A stretch of 64,000 nucleotides of DNA from Callorhinchus milii (Eukaryota). The stretch is from contig NW_024704742.1 in NCBI RefSeq assembly GCF_018977255.1, positions 105,402,001 through 105,466,000 on the forward strand, given 5' to 3'. Within the stretch, counting starts at the first letter, position 1, and each line of letters begins with the position of its first letter. The notes beneath the pieces are model-generated. The model did no database searches, was not told the origin of the DNA, and worked only from the letters and a program-made list of their open reading frames with translations. Position numbers and translations under genes: made by a program. This document shows, piece after piece, positions 25,107-38,170 of the stretch.

Positions 25107-27364
25107 CCATTGTGGTCGAGTAATCTGCATGCTCGCACTATTTGGCTCACACGTGAGAAATGTACCAGAGGGGTTAGAAGTACCCATGGAGCTGTACGCT
25201 TGTGTGAGAGATTGCCTTCAGCCAAGGATCAGTAAAGGGATAACAATTGGAAACAAGGAAGCTCCCTGCAGAATGTGCCCCAGTGCCACGACTGCTGACT
25301 ATTTCCTCTATAATAATTGTACTGAAGGCAGCATTACAGTAATGCATCCAAAATTCACAATCACCAACAGATTAAATTTGTTCAGGTGCCTTGGGTGGCA
25401 TGAGTCATTTTTTTCCAGATGATAGTATATTGTGACCTTGTAATTTATCATTCACGGCTCTATCCCTTGCAGAGACCGTACTGCTGAGAAAAATAATAGT
25501 CAAGAGGGCAAAAGGGTGAAAGGAATCCTTTGCTCCCCATCTCCTTTCTTTTTTCTTCAACGCTTAAATCTGAGTTTTATTATTATTGGAGGCATCTTCT
25601 GACAGCAATTGAAGGTTTTTTTCTCCCTGCTCATCCGGTTCTGATAGATGTAAAATTTTCCCACTTTAACAGCCACATGAGGGTGAATGAAAACACTGTA
25701 ATGTCTGCTTGCCTCCCAGAGTGCTGTAAATTTCCAAACTCTTTCATTAGACGGTCCTGTTTCCCAGCAGCAAGTTTCAAGGAGCAGAGCGTGGTTCTAT
25801 TGGGAGGTAATCGGCTTTACATTTTGAATGTCACATCGCAGAGGAGTTTAGAAGGTGTGACGGGAGAATAACGGTTTGAGTAATTTCATTTAGGAATTAA
25901 ATTGAAGAGATTATCTTTGACAATAAAGGTATAAACTGCTTCTTTTCTCCCCCCCTACCCCTTTCTCGCAACAACTGCTTTATACAGATCTGAAGTTTCT
26001 GATCTACACGGGCCTCTTTAAACCATTCATTATTCTTTTAGATTACCACACTAACCTTTGTAAATATTATCCATATGTCCCATTGAGTACATAGAAATGC
26101 ACTATTAACTGCAGGCATCTGTTTCAGGCTTGTGATGTGGTTTTTGTCATTGCATTGTAGCTACAGCAAGATGTTGCCGGTTTTGTACCAAACGGGGATT
26201 AGTTTTGACACTTTCTGATATTATTCACCATGGGCTGTTTGGAATTATCTGGATTTCAAAAGCCCCAGTTGAAAAGAATTACCAACACACAAATAACATG
26301 GGCTTCCCCAGAGCGTCTGTTGTTCATGCAAAATGCATTACGGCGCTTCCATTTCATTTGTGCCCACTTCCCATTTAAAGTGAATTAAACTATATTGCTG
26401 TTGAGTTAACTTCACTAAGGAGCTCAACGAAAATTGTGCAGTAATTCAGTATGACACTAATTCAACATTTTTTGATGTTTTAGGAGCAACCAATTATTGT
26501 TTTCCCCCCTTCAAACTAATGACTTTTTTATGATTTAGTTTATATCATAAGTTAATGTACAAGAGGAGCGTCAATTACAATACATGCATTTATTTCAGCG
26601 TAAGGCAGAATGGGGTGCCTCAGGGCGATCAGGGAGTATATTACTGTACCGGTGCAGATTCTGAATATTCGAACAGTGTTAAATATTGTTTTGAAGCAAT
26701 TGTTTTTAATCTGAAGTTGTGTCATGTCTTGGTAGGAATATGTAAAGCTGATCATGTGGTGTTCATTTAATGATCTGATCATGCAATACCAAGTAATGGG
26801 TATCGATTGGTGAACATTTTATCAAACCTTTGCAGCCTGGATTCCTAGAACAGTGTTGCAAGCTTATAGAGGATTTAATTCTGCAGGGCCTCTTATTAAG
26901 TTGTGCCCTTCTAATCTGCCCAATGATGTTGTTTTGTTTACTTTAGATTTATGTGGGAAAAGTAGTGTCAGTTTTGCAGAGGAGAGAAATCGGAAGGTTT
27001 CTTCAATTCAGTCTTACTTGAATTCAGTACTTTGAAGAATCGGGTTCCAAATGAAGACTGAATTGAGGAAATTTCCAAAAATCTTCACAGTCTGCTAAAA
27101 ATACACATCAGTTAACGAGTCTAAAGATTGCACATTCTAGTGGCTTATTTGTATTCCTCAGTAATTTATAAATTCATGTACAGACGAGTATGGATTACAA
27201 TAAATACATTGGCTTCAGAATAAGACAATGGGGGCTTAGTGTGATCAGGGAGTACCTGGTCAAGTAATATATAATTGGTGGCCATGTCATGGGTTTTGTT
27301 AATATAGTAAAACTCGTATAAGTCTTATCTTTATAAATCGTATAAACGCCTAAGTCGTACATTC

Positions 27365-27625
27365 ATAGTATCATGGAATTATACAGCACAGAAGGAGGCC
27401 ATTCGGCCCATTGTATCTGTGCCGGCTCTTTGAAAAGAGCCGTCCAATCAATCCCACTCCTCTGCTCTCTCCCCATATCCCTGCAAACGTGTCTTCTCCA
27501 AATAACTGTCTACTTCTCCCTTAAAAGTTGTTATCGAATCGGCATCCACCACCCTTTCAGGCAATGCATTCCAGATCCGAACAACTCGCTGTGTGAAAAA
27601 ATTTCTCCTCACCTCCCCTCTGTTT
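27365..27625 (-). mobile_element. CR1 3' fragment
   Basis: TACAGCACAGAAGGAGGCCATTCGGCCC terminus and CCACCACCCTTTCAGGCAATGCATTCCA. Further remnants near 930-1250, 2330-2600, 29960-30200, 32780-32985, 33740-33975, 36330-36950, 45140-45420, 56395-56550 and 60190-60440. Confidence 0.8.
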
Positions 27626-27918
27626 CTTTTTGTTTTCTTTTCTTTTCATTCACCTGAGTCCCATTCAGTTTCCTATCAAAACCACTTAGATTTCTTTACA
27701 CTAGTCATATTTATCACCTCCTAACTTGTAACGCCGCTCCCCTACCCTCCACTACTCACGCACTTACCAGAGGCATTGAATCACGGTTGTGTGAACCGAG
27801 GCTGGATAGAGATGTCTACGAGTGTCCTTTTTGTGATTCAGCATGTCACACGTCTTGCCATTTTTATGATTGGATTTATTCCTTCTTTCTCCTTTCACAA
27901 TGTGTTTCAGTTCTCAGC

Positions 27919-27919
<1 letters not shown>

Positions 27920-27958
<39 letters not shown>

Positions 27959-28045
27959 GCATTTGATATAGCGTCTTTTGTGTCAGGAGGATGCTTCAAA
28001 GAGATCCACAGGATTTACTGTCAAGTGCAGTAACTGCGCATTTTT
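27920..28045 (-). mobile_element. SINE tail with expanded (AAT)n microsatellite
   Basis: About 12 AAT units followed by TGCATTTGATATAGCG. Similar tail-only remnants near 2030, 2653, 9241, 14025, 43912 and 47705. Confidence 0.75.
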
Positions 28046-29761
28046 TAGGTGAACATTGCTCAGAGGAAGGGCCAAAATCACTTGAGGGTTGTAGAATAGA
28101 GTTGCCAGGGGACTGGGACTTGAGGCCTGCCTTCCTCTCCCTCCCCCGCTCTTTGTTTTTTTTTCCGCACCCTCTCGTTCCCACCTACAACCCTCCCATC
28201 ATAGCACATTTTGGTGCTTCTGAAGAAAATGCCTTCCAAAAAAGAAAAAGGGAGTCAAAAGTAAGACAAGGGTCGCAGTAAAATACAGTTGAAAGACATA
28301 ATTATAACGAGTTGAGACCCAGAGCATTTCAGAATCTGTGATCTTTTCACACTCCAGGCCTAGTTATTCAGATGGGACAGATTCAGCTGCTTCCAAAAAA
28401 CTTGCAGCACAAGTTTTGGAATGAAAAAAACCTAGGATGTCAATTTATCCCGTGTTTAAAACTCCAGTTCTCTAGCCTTAAGAAATGTTAGTTTCATTTA
28501 CTGCACGTTATGTGCTGCATGTGTTTCCAACCAGAGCAGAATTTACTAGCAAAACATGAGTTGTGTCTAGAGCACGTCTCGGAAGACTTCAGCAAGTGAT
28601 AGCATGCACGTGTGCGTGAGATGAGTGGGTTTATATAACCTTTCCAATAAAACCCTTTAGAACTGTTGAATAACGCGCCCAGTTACATTGTTGCTAGATA
28701 TTAAACAACACGCATATTGTACCCTGTGAAATTCAATTCCATTTAATAAGTCATTTGCATTCCATTGAATATCTCCTACTTGTGTTGATGATACAAAGAA
28801 GTCCCTGGGTGATGTTCATTCACATGGGTAGGTCATCATCATTCAGTGTAGGTCTATTTTGCGTGATGAATAAAGACATGTACCTGGCAGCCATCCATCA
28901 GCTGAAGCGAGTGTGCTTGTTAAGCTGAAGAGCAGATAGTGGAGAGCAGCCTTGTCAGTCGCTGTTCCGACATTTGCACAGACAATGCTTAGTCTCTGTG
29001 ACTGCTTCCCACTGTGCATGGATCAACAACAAACTACCGTGACAAGGTCGTGATTACTTTAAAGAAACCCTCAAGATATCTCTGCCGCACTCAAGGCTAC
29101 TTTTGTTTTAAGGAAAATAAAACACGCTAACTTTCAATAACACTGCACTTTTTCAGCTGAATGCTTGTTCTCCAGAAGGTTCACAGTCGGTCAGAATAGA
29201 GAACTACTTCTCACTGGGAGTTGTTAAGAATGACTATCAAACAATTTTGACGTTATTTGTACATTGTGAAAGGGACAGTAGAGGCCATAGCCAGCATTCA
29301 GGACTAAATTATGAAGTGGAGATCAAAAGGAGTTCACCATGTGTGAACTATACATTTGATGTCTTTTTACTCCAAAGTGCATCAATACCTGGATCTCGCT
29401 GAATCAAAAATAGTGTGTTCAGGAGAAATGATAGGAACAAAGGCAGCTTTGTGCATGAATATGGTATACATCAGCTAAAGTACTGGCTGCCCTGGGAGGT
29501 CACTGCTTTAAACAAAGACTGCTAGAGAGGCTGCTGTGTTAATATTTTCCATCAGCTGAAGAATTCCATCCTGGAGAAAGTAGTTTCTGTGTGGACTTTT
29601 TCTATCTCCTATCACTTAAGCTTGCATAACCTAAAGCAACAATTAGCAGTCGTTGTAGTTTTACATTGCTGTCCCTGTTGTGCAAGCACGGTACACAGTG
29701 TTTCTGTGAAAAAACAAAATTCCGCCTTGGTTTTGTTATGTACCTGGTTCTTTTAATATTA

Positions 29762-29935
29762 TTAATAATAATAATCCTTGCATTTGATAGAGCGCCTTAT
29801 CATATCTTAGAGACGTCTCCAAGCGCTTCATGAACATACAGTAAAGTGAATTGATTGTATATTTTGAAACGCAACAGCTAATTGCGTACAGCAGTGTCCC
29901 ACAAACAGTCATGGATTGAGTGAACAGATTATTAT
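29762..29935 (-). mobile_element. SINE 3' half
   Basis: AATAATAATCCTTGCATTTGATAGAGCGCC tail and CAGCAGTGTCCCACAAACAG. Confidence 0.8.
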
Positions 29936-30839
29936 TTTTTACATTTTGTTTTGTTACTAGGAAACAATTTCTCCCTACTGATTCCATCTAAACCCCTCAA
30001 ACATGTCAAAGACCTCCATCAGGTCACCTCACAACCTTCTTTTTCTCTCCAGAGAAAAAAGTCCCAGTTCCTCCACTCATACGGAGGCCAAACCACTCAT
30101 TCCTGGCATCATCCCAATAAAGCTCGTCTACCCCATCTCGATCGCCTTAACACCTTTCCTACAGTGATTGTGACTAACACTTGACACAATATGCTAACTG
30201 CCATCTCAGAGTGGGATTGTCAGGCTGAGGATGTCCTGTGACATGTCTGCCAATCATCCCCCATCTCTTCCCCTCAACCCGCTCACACATTCAGTCCTGG
30301 TTTAAAATAAACAAATTGGTTTAAACAAGATGTTTTATTGTATTCTAGCACTTTTGTTGAGATGTTCTTTTTATGAATAGTAAAGGTATATAAAACATGT
30401 AAGTTGGTATTTCTCTGAACCAGTATTATAAGAAAGCTCAATCTTGATATTTTGACAATGGAACTCAAGAGTAGCTATTTGGCAGGCAATAAAGTGTGCT
30501 GCAGTTATTGCCCGAGTTTCAATAAATCTAACTTTTTATTGTGAGACGTATCCCTCATTCTGAATTTTGCCCATTGGAGAATTTTACTTCAGTTTTTGCC
30601 AAGTTTTCCCCATTTCTCTTCCTCTCCCTCTTCCAAAAACAACAACTTTTGCTGGGAGAGCGCTGGTGACAGGCTTCCAATGCTTCAGCTGCTCTTTTTT
30701 TTGTAAACTCGGACAGTCGGCACTGGAAGGCTATTTGACCATTACAGATGAGCATGATCCTGTTCCCACCTGATGTCCAAACACTCCAATGGGAATCTCC
30801 GTGAAGGAATCAATACAATTTACATTTATATAACTGCGA

Positions 30840-31150
30840 TGATTCATTTTGGGAGGACATCCTGAAGAGCATTCACAGGATGAGCATGCGAGCTGCAGGT
30901 GGAAGTCGAGGAGGGGAAAAATGACCGAAAGCATGGTCAACGAGGTACGTCTTGAGATGTGGCCAAGAAAGAAAAGAGCAAGTTGGAGGGACACAGGGAT
31001 GGAGTTGAGAGGGAGGAGGCAGAGTGGTTGAAAGTCCATTTGTTGATGGTGGAGCTGATAGGGCAGGCGGCATGAAGCAGGCTGCCAGAGCAAGATTACG
31101 CCTGTGGTGATGAGCAAAACTATGGATGTCTTTTCATCCCTCTGACCCAG
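30840..31150 (-). mobile_element. Old degenerate L2 3' fragment
   Basis: Purine-rich stretch resembling the reverse complement of the other L2 3' ends; residual NSIP..LQL motif. Confidence 0.5.
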
Positions 31151-34019
31151 GAGTAATGAGGTCTGTTCCATTGGCTCAAATGCTGCCCTGGGTGAGATCG
31201 ACTCAGCTCAGACTGAGAAGCAATGTTATGACCTTCTGTTTTTTGTATGACTTATCGCAACCCACCAGACTATCAGGGGAGCTCAGTTTGAGACTTTATG
31301 AATGTGAAATGTTTCAGACGCATTTCAACTAAAATTCAATAATGTTGGTTGTTTTCCCACTTGAGGCTAAATCCACTGGCACAATGAACACTAGGATGTG
31401 ACCTGCTTGGATACGTGTCAGGGTGTGTAATGCAATGCTGCTCAGGCAGCCAGCCTCTCCGTTCAGCATTTCCTTCATTCAACATCTCCCTCATTATCTG
31501 CTTTGCAATGTAAGCTGAATTAAAACTGCACAAAGCACTTCAGTAATGCAAACATTATTCTACAAGAGGGGAAGCGGAGGCTGCAGTGACTGGAGTCGCT
31601 GCTCATCCCTGTCAAGCGAGGTGATGGATTGGTGATGTTCAGCGTGCTGAGAACTGAAAATCAGAAGGACTGGAGGGAATGATGCAACTAAATCAGGATT
31701 ATATGTTTACATACGAAAACTCGGACTCAAAATCCCCGTGGGGAGGGAATGAAAAGAATTCAGAAGATTGATTTTCCATGTCTTAAATGGAATTACGGAT
31801 TTTTTTTGTGTGGAAATGAATTTTTTGAGAGATCCTAAATGTGAAAATCAGTAAATATTATTTTATGTTGTTTGAGCATGATGGTTCTTTTCTAAGTGCA
31901 CACGTCGCCTTCACTCAGCTTAATGCGTGTTCCTTAACAGTGGTTCATTGCATTTATTAAGCAAAATGACCGTAGGAAATCACTGTTGTTTTTACATCCT
32001 GTTAGTGGAGCCTAGATGAAATGAAGCCCGGATCTCATGCCCCGGATCCAATGTACAAAACAGACTTTCCCAACTGGGAAGGCATGTTCACCCGCAGAAG
32101 CCAAAATATGTCAGCCAAAGGAGACGGAAAAGCAGTAAAATATTGCCTTAGAAACTTTTTTAATGTCATAACAAAATTTTAAAAGTGTATATAATTCTTA
32201 GGGGACTGTATTTACAATCCAGGAAAATAGGAAGGAAAAAGTTTAGTTCAGGGTTCAAAATACCTGGAGCATAAAGAAAAAACGGACACAGTCTGAAACG
32301 TTAAAGAACTCTTACAATGTTTTCAAAGAAATTGCATACATTATGTGTTCTGAAAATGCTCTTTTTTGCCGAAGTGCTAACGTAGAGCTGTCGAACTTTA
32401 CAGCACACAAGAAGCCTATTTGGCCCACTGTGGCTCTCTGAAAGAGCAATCCATTAAGTCCCATTTACCTACCTTTTTGTGTCATCCTGGCTCAGATGGT
32501 CGCATTCTCGCACTAAGGCAGAAAGTTGTGGGTTCAAGCCCCACGTTGGGTCTTGGAACTTGCACGTGTATATCGCCCTTCACGAGGGGTGATGTCTGAA
32601 AGTGCTGTTTTAAAATCTAATTGTTCCAAAAATCTAACATTCAAAACTCAAACGTTTTTATATTTAAATGGTGTGGTTGGCATTATTAAAAATTAAGAAA
32701 AATACCCTGTATTTTTTTGAATCTGAAATCTATATTTAAACCGTGGTGAACACTTTATTCTGCACTCATCACATGTTGCTCACTGGCCTTACCCCTGGGC
32801 AGGTGGACAAAGTACCAATTCTGGTGGTGGAACAAGAAACTATAAATAGGTTTGAAACGAAGCTGCACAAGCTCTTGGCATTTGAGAGGATCCAGGTTTG
32901 TTATACTGTATGTGGAGGTAGAAATATTGAAGGAATCTTGTGGAGCGTGGAATTGTTCAGCTTGGTCTACTCCTGTCACAAGTTATTATATATACAAGTT
33001 GTATGTAGAATTGTTGCACTCAGCCAGTAGAGTTGTAGCACATGTGGTGCCTCCTTTGAGGTACAATAAGCTCACTTCCTTTTGTACTAGGTCCCTGGTG
33101 TGTTAAACAGATCAGGAAAGCTAAGTGTGGGAACAAGTCCTGTTTCAGGGCTGCATCTGGACTTTTACTGTGGGTTGAGAAGGACTTACATCCTCCGGCT
33201 GAAAAGCTTTTCCAGTTAGATCTGCTGCTGATGGCCATAACCATAAATATGTTCTCTATCTTGCAGATTTCACATCTGAATTTAAACAAAACTTAATAAG
33301 TCTCCAAGCGTGGTGTTCACAATACTGTGAGATGGTCTTTTTTGAAATTATTGTGCATTATAACTTTGCCTGATATTTCGGAGAAGGGAAAAAAAAGGTC
33401 AATTGAACACTCCAGTTATAAATGTTTATGAGAGTTTGGATTTGTGTCGCAAAGAAAATCTGTGGCTCATACTCACTGGATAAAAAAATGTGATCTGTTT
33501 TCACTGGAACAGCAAGAGAACAGTAAGATCGAGCAGCGGTCTTCAAATTCTGAAAGGTTTTGAGAGGTTAAATAGTTGTTCAAATGGTAACAGCCAGGCT
33601 CTGCTGACTCCAGTGCTCCAAGACTGCCCTGTGTGAAGAGCACTATATAAATTCAAGTTGTAAAGGCAAGTTGTTTTTGTTGTTCTTTTAGCCACGATTG
33701 GTAGGAAAACTGTTAATTCGTGTTAGCTCAGGATAGTCACTGAAAAGAGTTAAGGGGGTAGTTTTGAAGATATTTTTTCACACAAAGGAATATGAGAACC
33801 TGGAATGCTTTGTCAGAGTGACAATTGAAATTAAAGTCATAACCACATTCAAAGGCATTTTAAGAAGAAAATATAAACTATGCAGGGAAATTGGGATTTG
33901 AGTATATGGCTCCAGTGAAGGAGCTGGCACCAGCCTTGGTTCGATCACATCATCCTATTGTGTAATTTCTATGATTTACGTTTTGCAAATTGGCTTTGGA
34001 ACTGGCCAATCTTTCTAGC

Positions 34020-34690
34020 ACTTATGACGGTTAATAAAACTAATGTAGGGGAAGCTTTCTGTCTGACATTTTCACTCTCTCGAACTCCAAGTCCTGCAGA
34101 CAGACAAGTTAGCAACGCATTAATTATTCATTCAACAATTAGCTTTTTGCAGCTCATTTAGAGCTCCTGTCTTAACACAAAATCCCAACCCCAACATTAA
34201 CTAAATGGTCAGAACTGATTAATGGATTCTGCTGTCTGGGCCACTTCAAAATGCATATGATCCAGGAAATGGAGGTTGGTCTAGTGTTGGAGTTAAAGGA
34301 GTGAGATGGCGGACTTGCCTAATTACTGTACCATAGTTACAATTACACAAAAAAAGGTCAATCCAGTTGTCACCAATTAGAGCAGCAAAAGCTACATTTA
34401 CAGCCTGAAGAACCGTTATGTCAATTTTTATGCTGGTCTCATCAGCCTTTAACACATTTTCAGGATGTATAAATCTAATCTGCCTTCCTATTACACAGTG
34501 TGCTCTCCATTTACAGCAGTCGTTGCTGTAGCAGGGAGATAATCCTAAGCGCCTTCTATTAATTGTTAGATCTCCCATCATGTCTAATCATGTTGTTAAG
34601 AATTCATGTGGCACTTGGCAACTGTGGCAAATGTGAATAAATGAGCCAGATGGTTGTCTTTCTCGAACGTGCCTTTGGAACATTACATTT
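34020..34690. promoter_or_regulatory. Candidate conserved non-coding element / enhancer
   Basis: No recognisable repeat; clustered TAAT/TAATCC, AAAGGTCA, three TGGCA half-sites and CAGATGG. Conservation not testable here. Confidence 0.35.
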
Positions 34691-35714
34691 TATTTTTAAA
34701 CAGAAATTGAAAAAGAGGAAGAAAGAGAGCAAGAGATAGAGACGGAAATTTAAGAATCCATTAAGAAAGGATCAATTCTTTGAGCTTTCAGCCATCTACA
34801 TGGACTTCACTCCCAAGTTTCACTGCTTACTGATCTGGGTAGGGTATAAAGGAGAATCTCCCACAGATTGTTATGGGTGAGAAGACCCTGATTCAATCCA
34901 GTCTAAAAAGATCTTTTCTTTTTGCCTTTTTTTGTTTTTGTCTTTCACTGAATGATTTTCTGTGCATCAGGAACTCCTACACTTGCTTAAACAAATCATT
35001 TCAGAGTCATGGACAAGACGGTGTTGTCAGGCGGTCAGATGATACAGTTTGAGCACGGTCTGGAGGGAATAAAATCATTATGATGTTCTGGTGCAGCTTG
35101 AAACTGCACGAGAGGAGTGAAAAGAACCCAACAACAGGCATTATTGCTATCTCACCACTGCACTGCAGATCTTGGTAATACCTGCACAGGTTTCTCCTAA
35201 AATAAATATCACCTTTATTTTGGTAGAATGTGAGATCGGAACATGATCAAACTGTATATTATTGTATGCCTCTAGGTCTCAAGATGGAGATTAAAAAAAC
35301 TACCAGCTCAGCGGACTAGATCAGCCTTGTGACCTTTTTTCATTCTTACCTCTTCATTCCTTCCCCAATATTCCTAATTCTCAACCTAGCGCATTGGGAT
35401 GTCTTCCTGACATGAAAGGTGCAATGTACGTGTAAATTGCATTGTAATTTTATAAAATTAAGTTTGGAGACTAATTTATTGCAGCTTTTTAATGTATAGT
35501 GCTGTCTTCAGATCGAATCATCAGAAGTTTACAGCACAAGCACAGATGGAGGTAACGGTGAGTTGCTTCCAAAAAATTAGTAATTTGGGGATAAAGATAA
35601 AATGTGCTGAGGTGGCAATCCTGGGAAGACCAGTAACAGGTCCCAGTTTTGGATTTCTGAATAGATCAGTATGATGTAAGTGATTACTATTAAGAATTAT
35701 TGTTAGGTAATTGT

Positions 35715-35975
35715 GCTAGGGATGTTGCACAAACAACTGTGAAGTGAATGATCAATTTATCTGGGAGATTGTTGGCCAGGGCACCAGCAGAAACTCCTTT
35801 TTCTTTTTGAACAATTTCATGAGATCTTGAATAACCATCTCAGAACAAACATAGGGTTTGACACTACAGGTCCCCCCAGTACTGTACTGTACCGGTATTT
35901 CAGCATAGATTATGAGCTCAAGTCCTCATATGGGCTTAAACTCACAATCTTTGACTTGGAGGCGAGTGTTGTCAG
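35715..35975 (-). mobile_element. Degenerate Deu-SINE
   Basis: GGGAGATTGTTGGCCAGGGCACC..AACTCC resembles 60010-60045. Confidence 0.6.
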
Positions 35976-37879
35976 ATTGCTGGTCAAATAGCAGAGATGA
36001 TGGAAGACTCCTATAGGGGAAAAATTTACCCTGGGTCTAGATTTACTTCATTTATCCAGTAAATTAGACTATCCAAAATATGCCAAATTGGTGAATTTAG
36101 TTTTCTGTAAAGCGTAAAAGAACTTACAGAAAACTACCTTCAGTATTTGAGCTGTGTTTAACAATTTGTCAAATTCTGGCCGTTCAGAAATGCTTCATAA
36201 ATAGAGTCACTTCGATGGAATTTCACCCCTCTTATTCATGTTTCTTTAATCACATACTGCAAATATGATGTGTGTTGACCTTTGTGAGTTCAATAAAAAA
36301 AATCTACGCTATATTTTTAAAATATATTAAAAAGTGATAGAAGGCCTGGAGAAAACTAGCCATTGTGATGCAGAAAAGCATAGTGCACTGTACAGGTCTG
36401 ATAATGTTGATAGTGCTGTTCATTGTTTTTGAAGGGGAAAGGATATAGAAAGAAGTTCTGATGTACTTATGGAGGTGCAGAAGGTTAATTACATTTAAGG
36501 ACAAATGGAAACTTAGACAGGGGTCTGAGGAACTGAAGATGGAATGTGTGGTGAGTACCGTTAAAGCAAAGGAAGTCACTTTTAGTGTTATCTGAGGTAC
36601 GGGAAGAATGAAGAAGGTAATTGACTTCAGTGAGTTCTTATTAAAATGTGTGCACAGGAAGGATTTGCTTCGAACTTGACTTGAGAGCTTTCTTGGGTAG
36701 AAAAGAACTTCTAAAAGATGGACGGCCTGCATACAATCAGAGGTAAGATTAAACTATTAGTGCAGAATTTCAAGCGTTAATTGGGATTGTTTTAAACTGC
36801 ATTTGGAGGTACTAAGAATAGAATAGGTAAGAACCGACGAGGAAAATGGTTATTGCTGACCAACAAGTCATGAGATAGAATATGTTGAAGGCATATTTAA
36901 GGTAAACTCTTAGCAATGTACATAGCTAATTAAAGTATTAATTTTATTAGTAATGCAGAAACAACAACAACTTGCACTTATGTAGCACCCTCCACACAGG
37001 GTAGATTCTCAGAGCACTTAAATAAACCAACATGGGCAAAAGGTGCAGCTGAGAGAGTATTGAATACTTCATAAAGATACAGCTATTCAAACTAGGCGAA
37101 TAGTAGTGTCATTGGTGCAAATTCACTCGGCTTTGGTCAGCCACAATGGTGTAATGAACAGACCTGCCCTTCCAGCCTGGGCTCAATGATTTTCAATCCA
37201 GGCTGAGTTTGCAAGGAAACTTCTCTTTTTGAATTGTGCCACAGTATTTTTAATATATTCACCAGCATGGGTAATTAACTGTACGTAGGTAAAAGGTAAT
37301 TGTCACATTTTATTCAGAACATGACAATGTAATTAGTGTTTAAGTGTTCAAAGTAAGATTCAGGTATCACTGTAAATCAAACCGAACAAATTACAATTAT
37401 TAAGTCAGCAGAGGAAACCAAACAAACTGGGCCTAAATATGTGTTAGAATGGTAGAGATGGCAGCCACATCCTAACGTGTCTTGGGGAGATGAAAGAGAA
37501 AAGAAAAAGGGAAGATGGGCGTTGGGAAGCCTGATCTTACAGAGATTTTGGACGCAGGAGACAGACGAAAATAGAGTGGAAAGATTTGGCATAAATCCTG
37601 ACCTGGTTCTGCAAATGATTAAACAATAGATCTGAAATTCCATCTAGTCTTAGCCTGCGAGGCCACATTGCCTTAAAGTTTAAGACTGTGCAAGAATGTG
37701 GAAAATTCTTCCTTTGGAAGCCAGCTTTCTGCAGTTCTTTTAAAAAAAAACACTTTACATCCAAATGTAGTCTGAATGTATGCGTTTTTCACAATTAGAC
37801 CGTTTTCATATTTTTCTAATTTTTCTCCCCATTGTCGTATGTCTGTCTACCTGAAGGTCAGGGCTCACGTGCTAAGATA

Positions 37880-38170
37880 CAAGTCCACAGGTGCTGGGTG
37901 CCCTCCAGTACCCCACCCAAGTAGGCATTGTGCGTGTTTGAACCTCGCCAGGCCTCTCGACTGTAGAGGGCATCACAGCAGGATCTGACCTCTCCTCACC
38001 CGGCTGCCACACATGTGCATGACCAACAGAGGGTGGTGAAGAGGGACTAGGAGCAGGAACTTCGGGTGATTCTGACCTCGCTAGGAGGCACGGGTCGCTT
38101 CAGCCTCCCCACGCAGCCCCAGCTAAGGCCAGCAGTCAGCACAAATCGGGATCCCAACCCGTGAGTTCCC
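37880..38170 (-). mobile_element. Family B repeat copy
   Basis: GAGGGCATCACAGC..CTCACCC..GGAGCAGGAAC shared with the 39960 copy. Confidence 0.55.

Noticed and set aside
32900..33000. YVEVEILKE resembling the next FBXL17 exon (CVEVIAKE)
   Set aside because: Lies within a decayed CR1 3' end and similarity does not continue.
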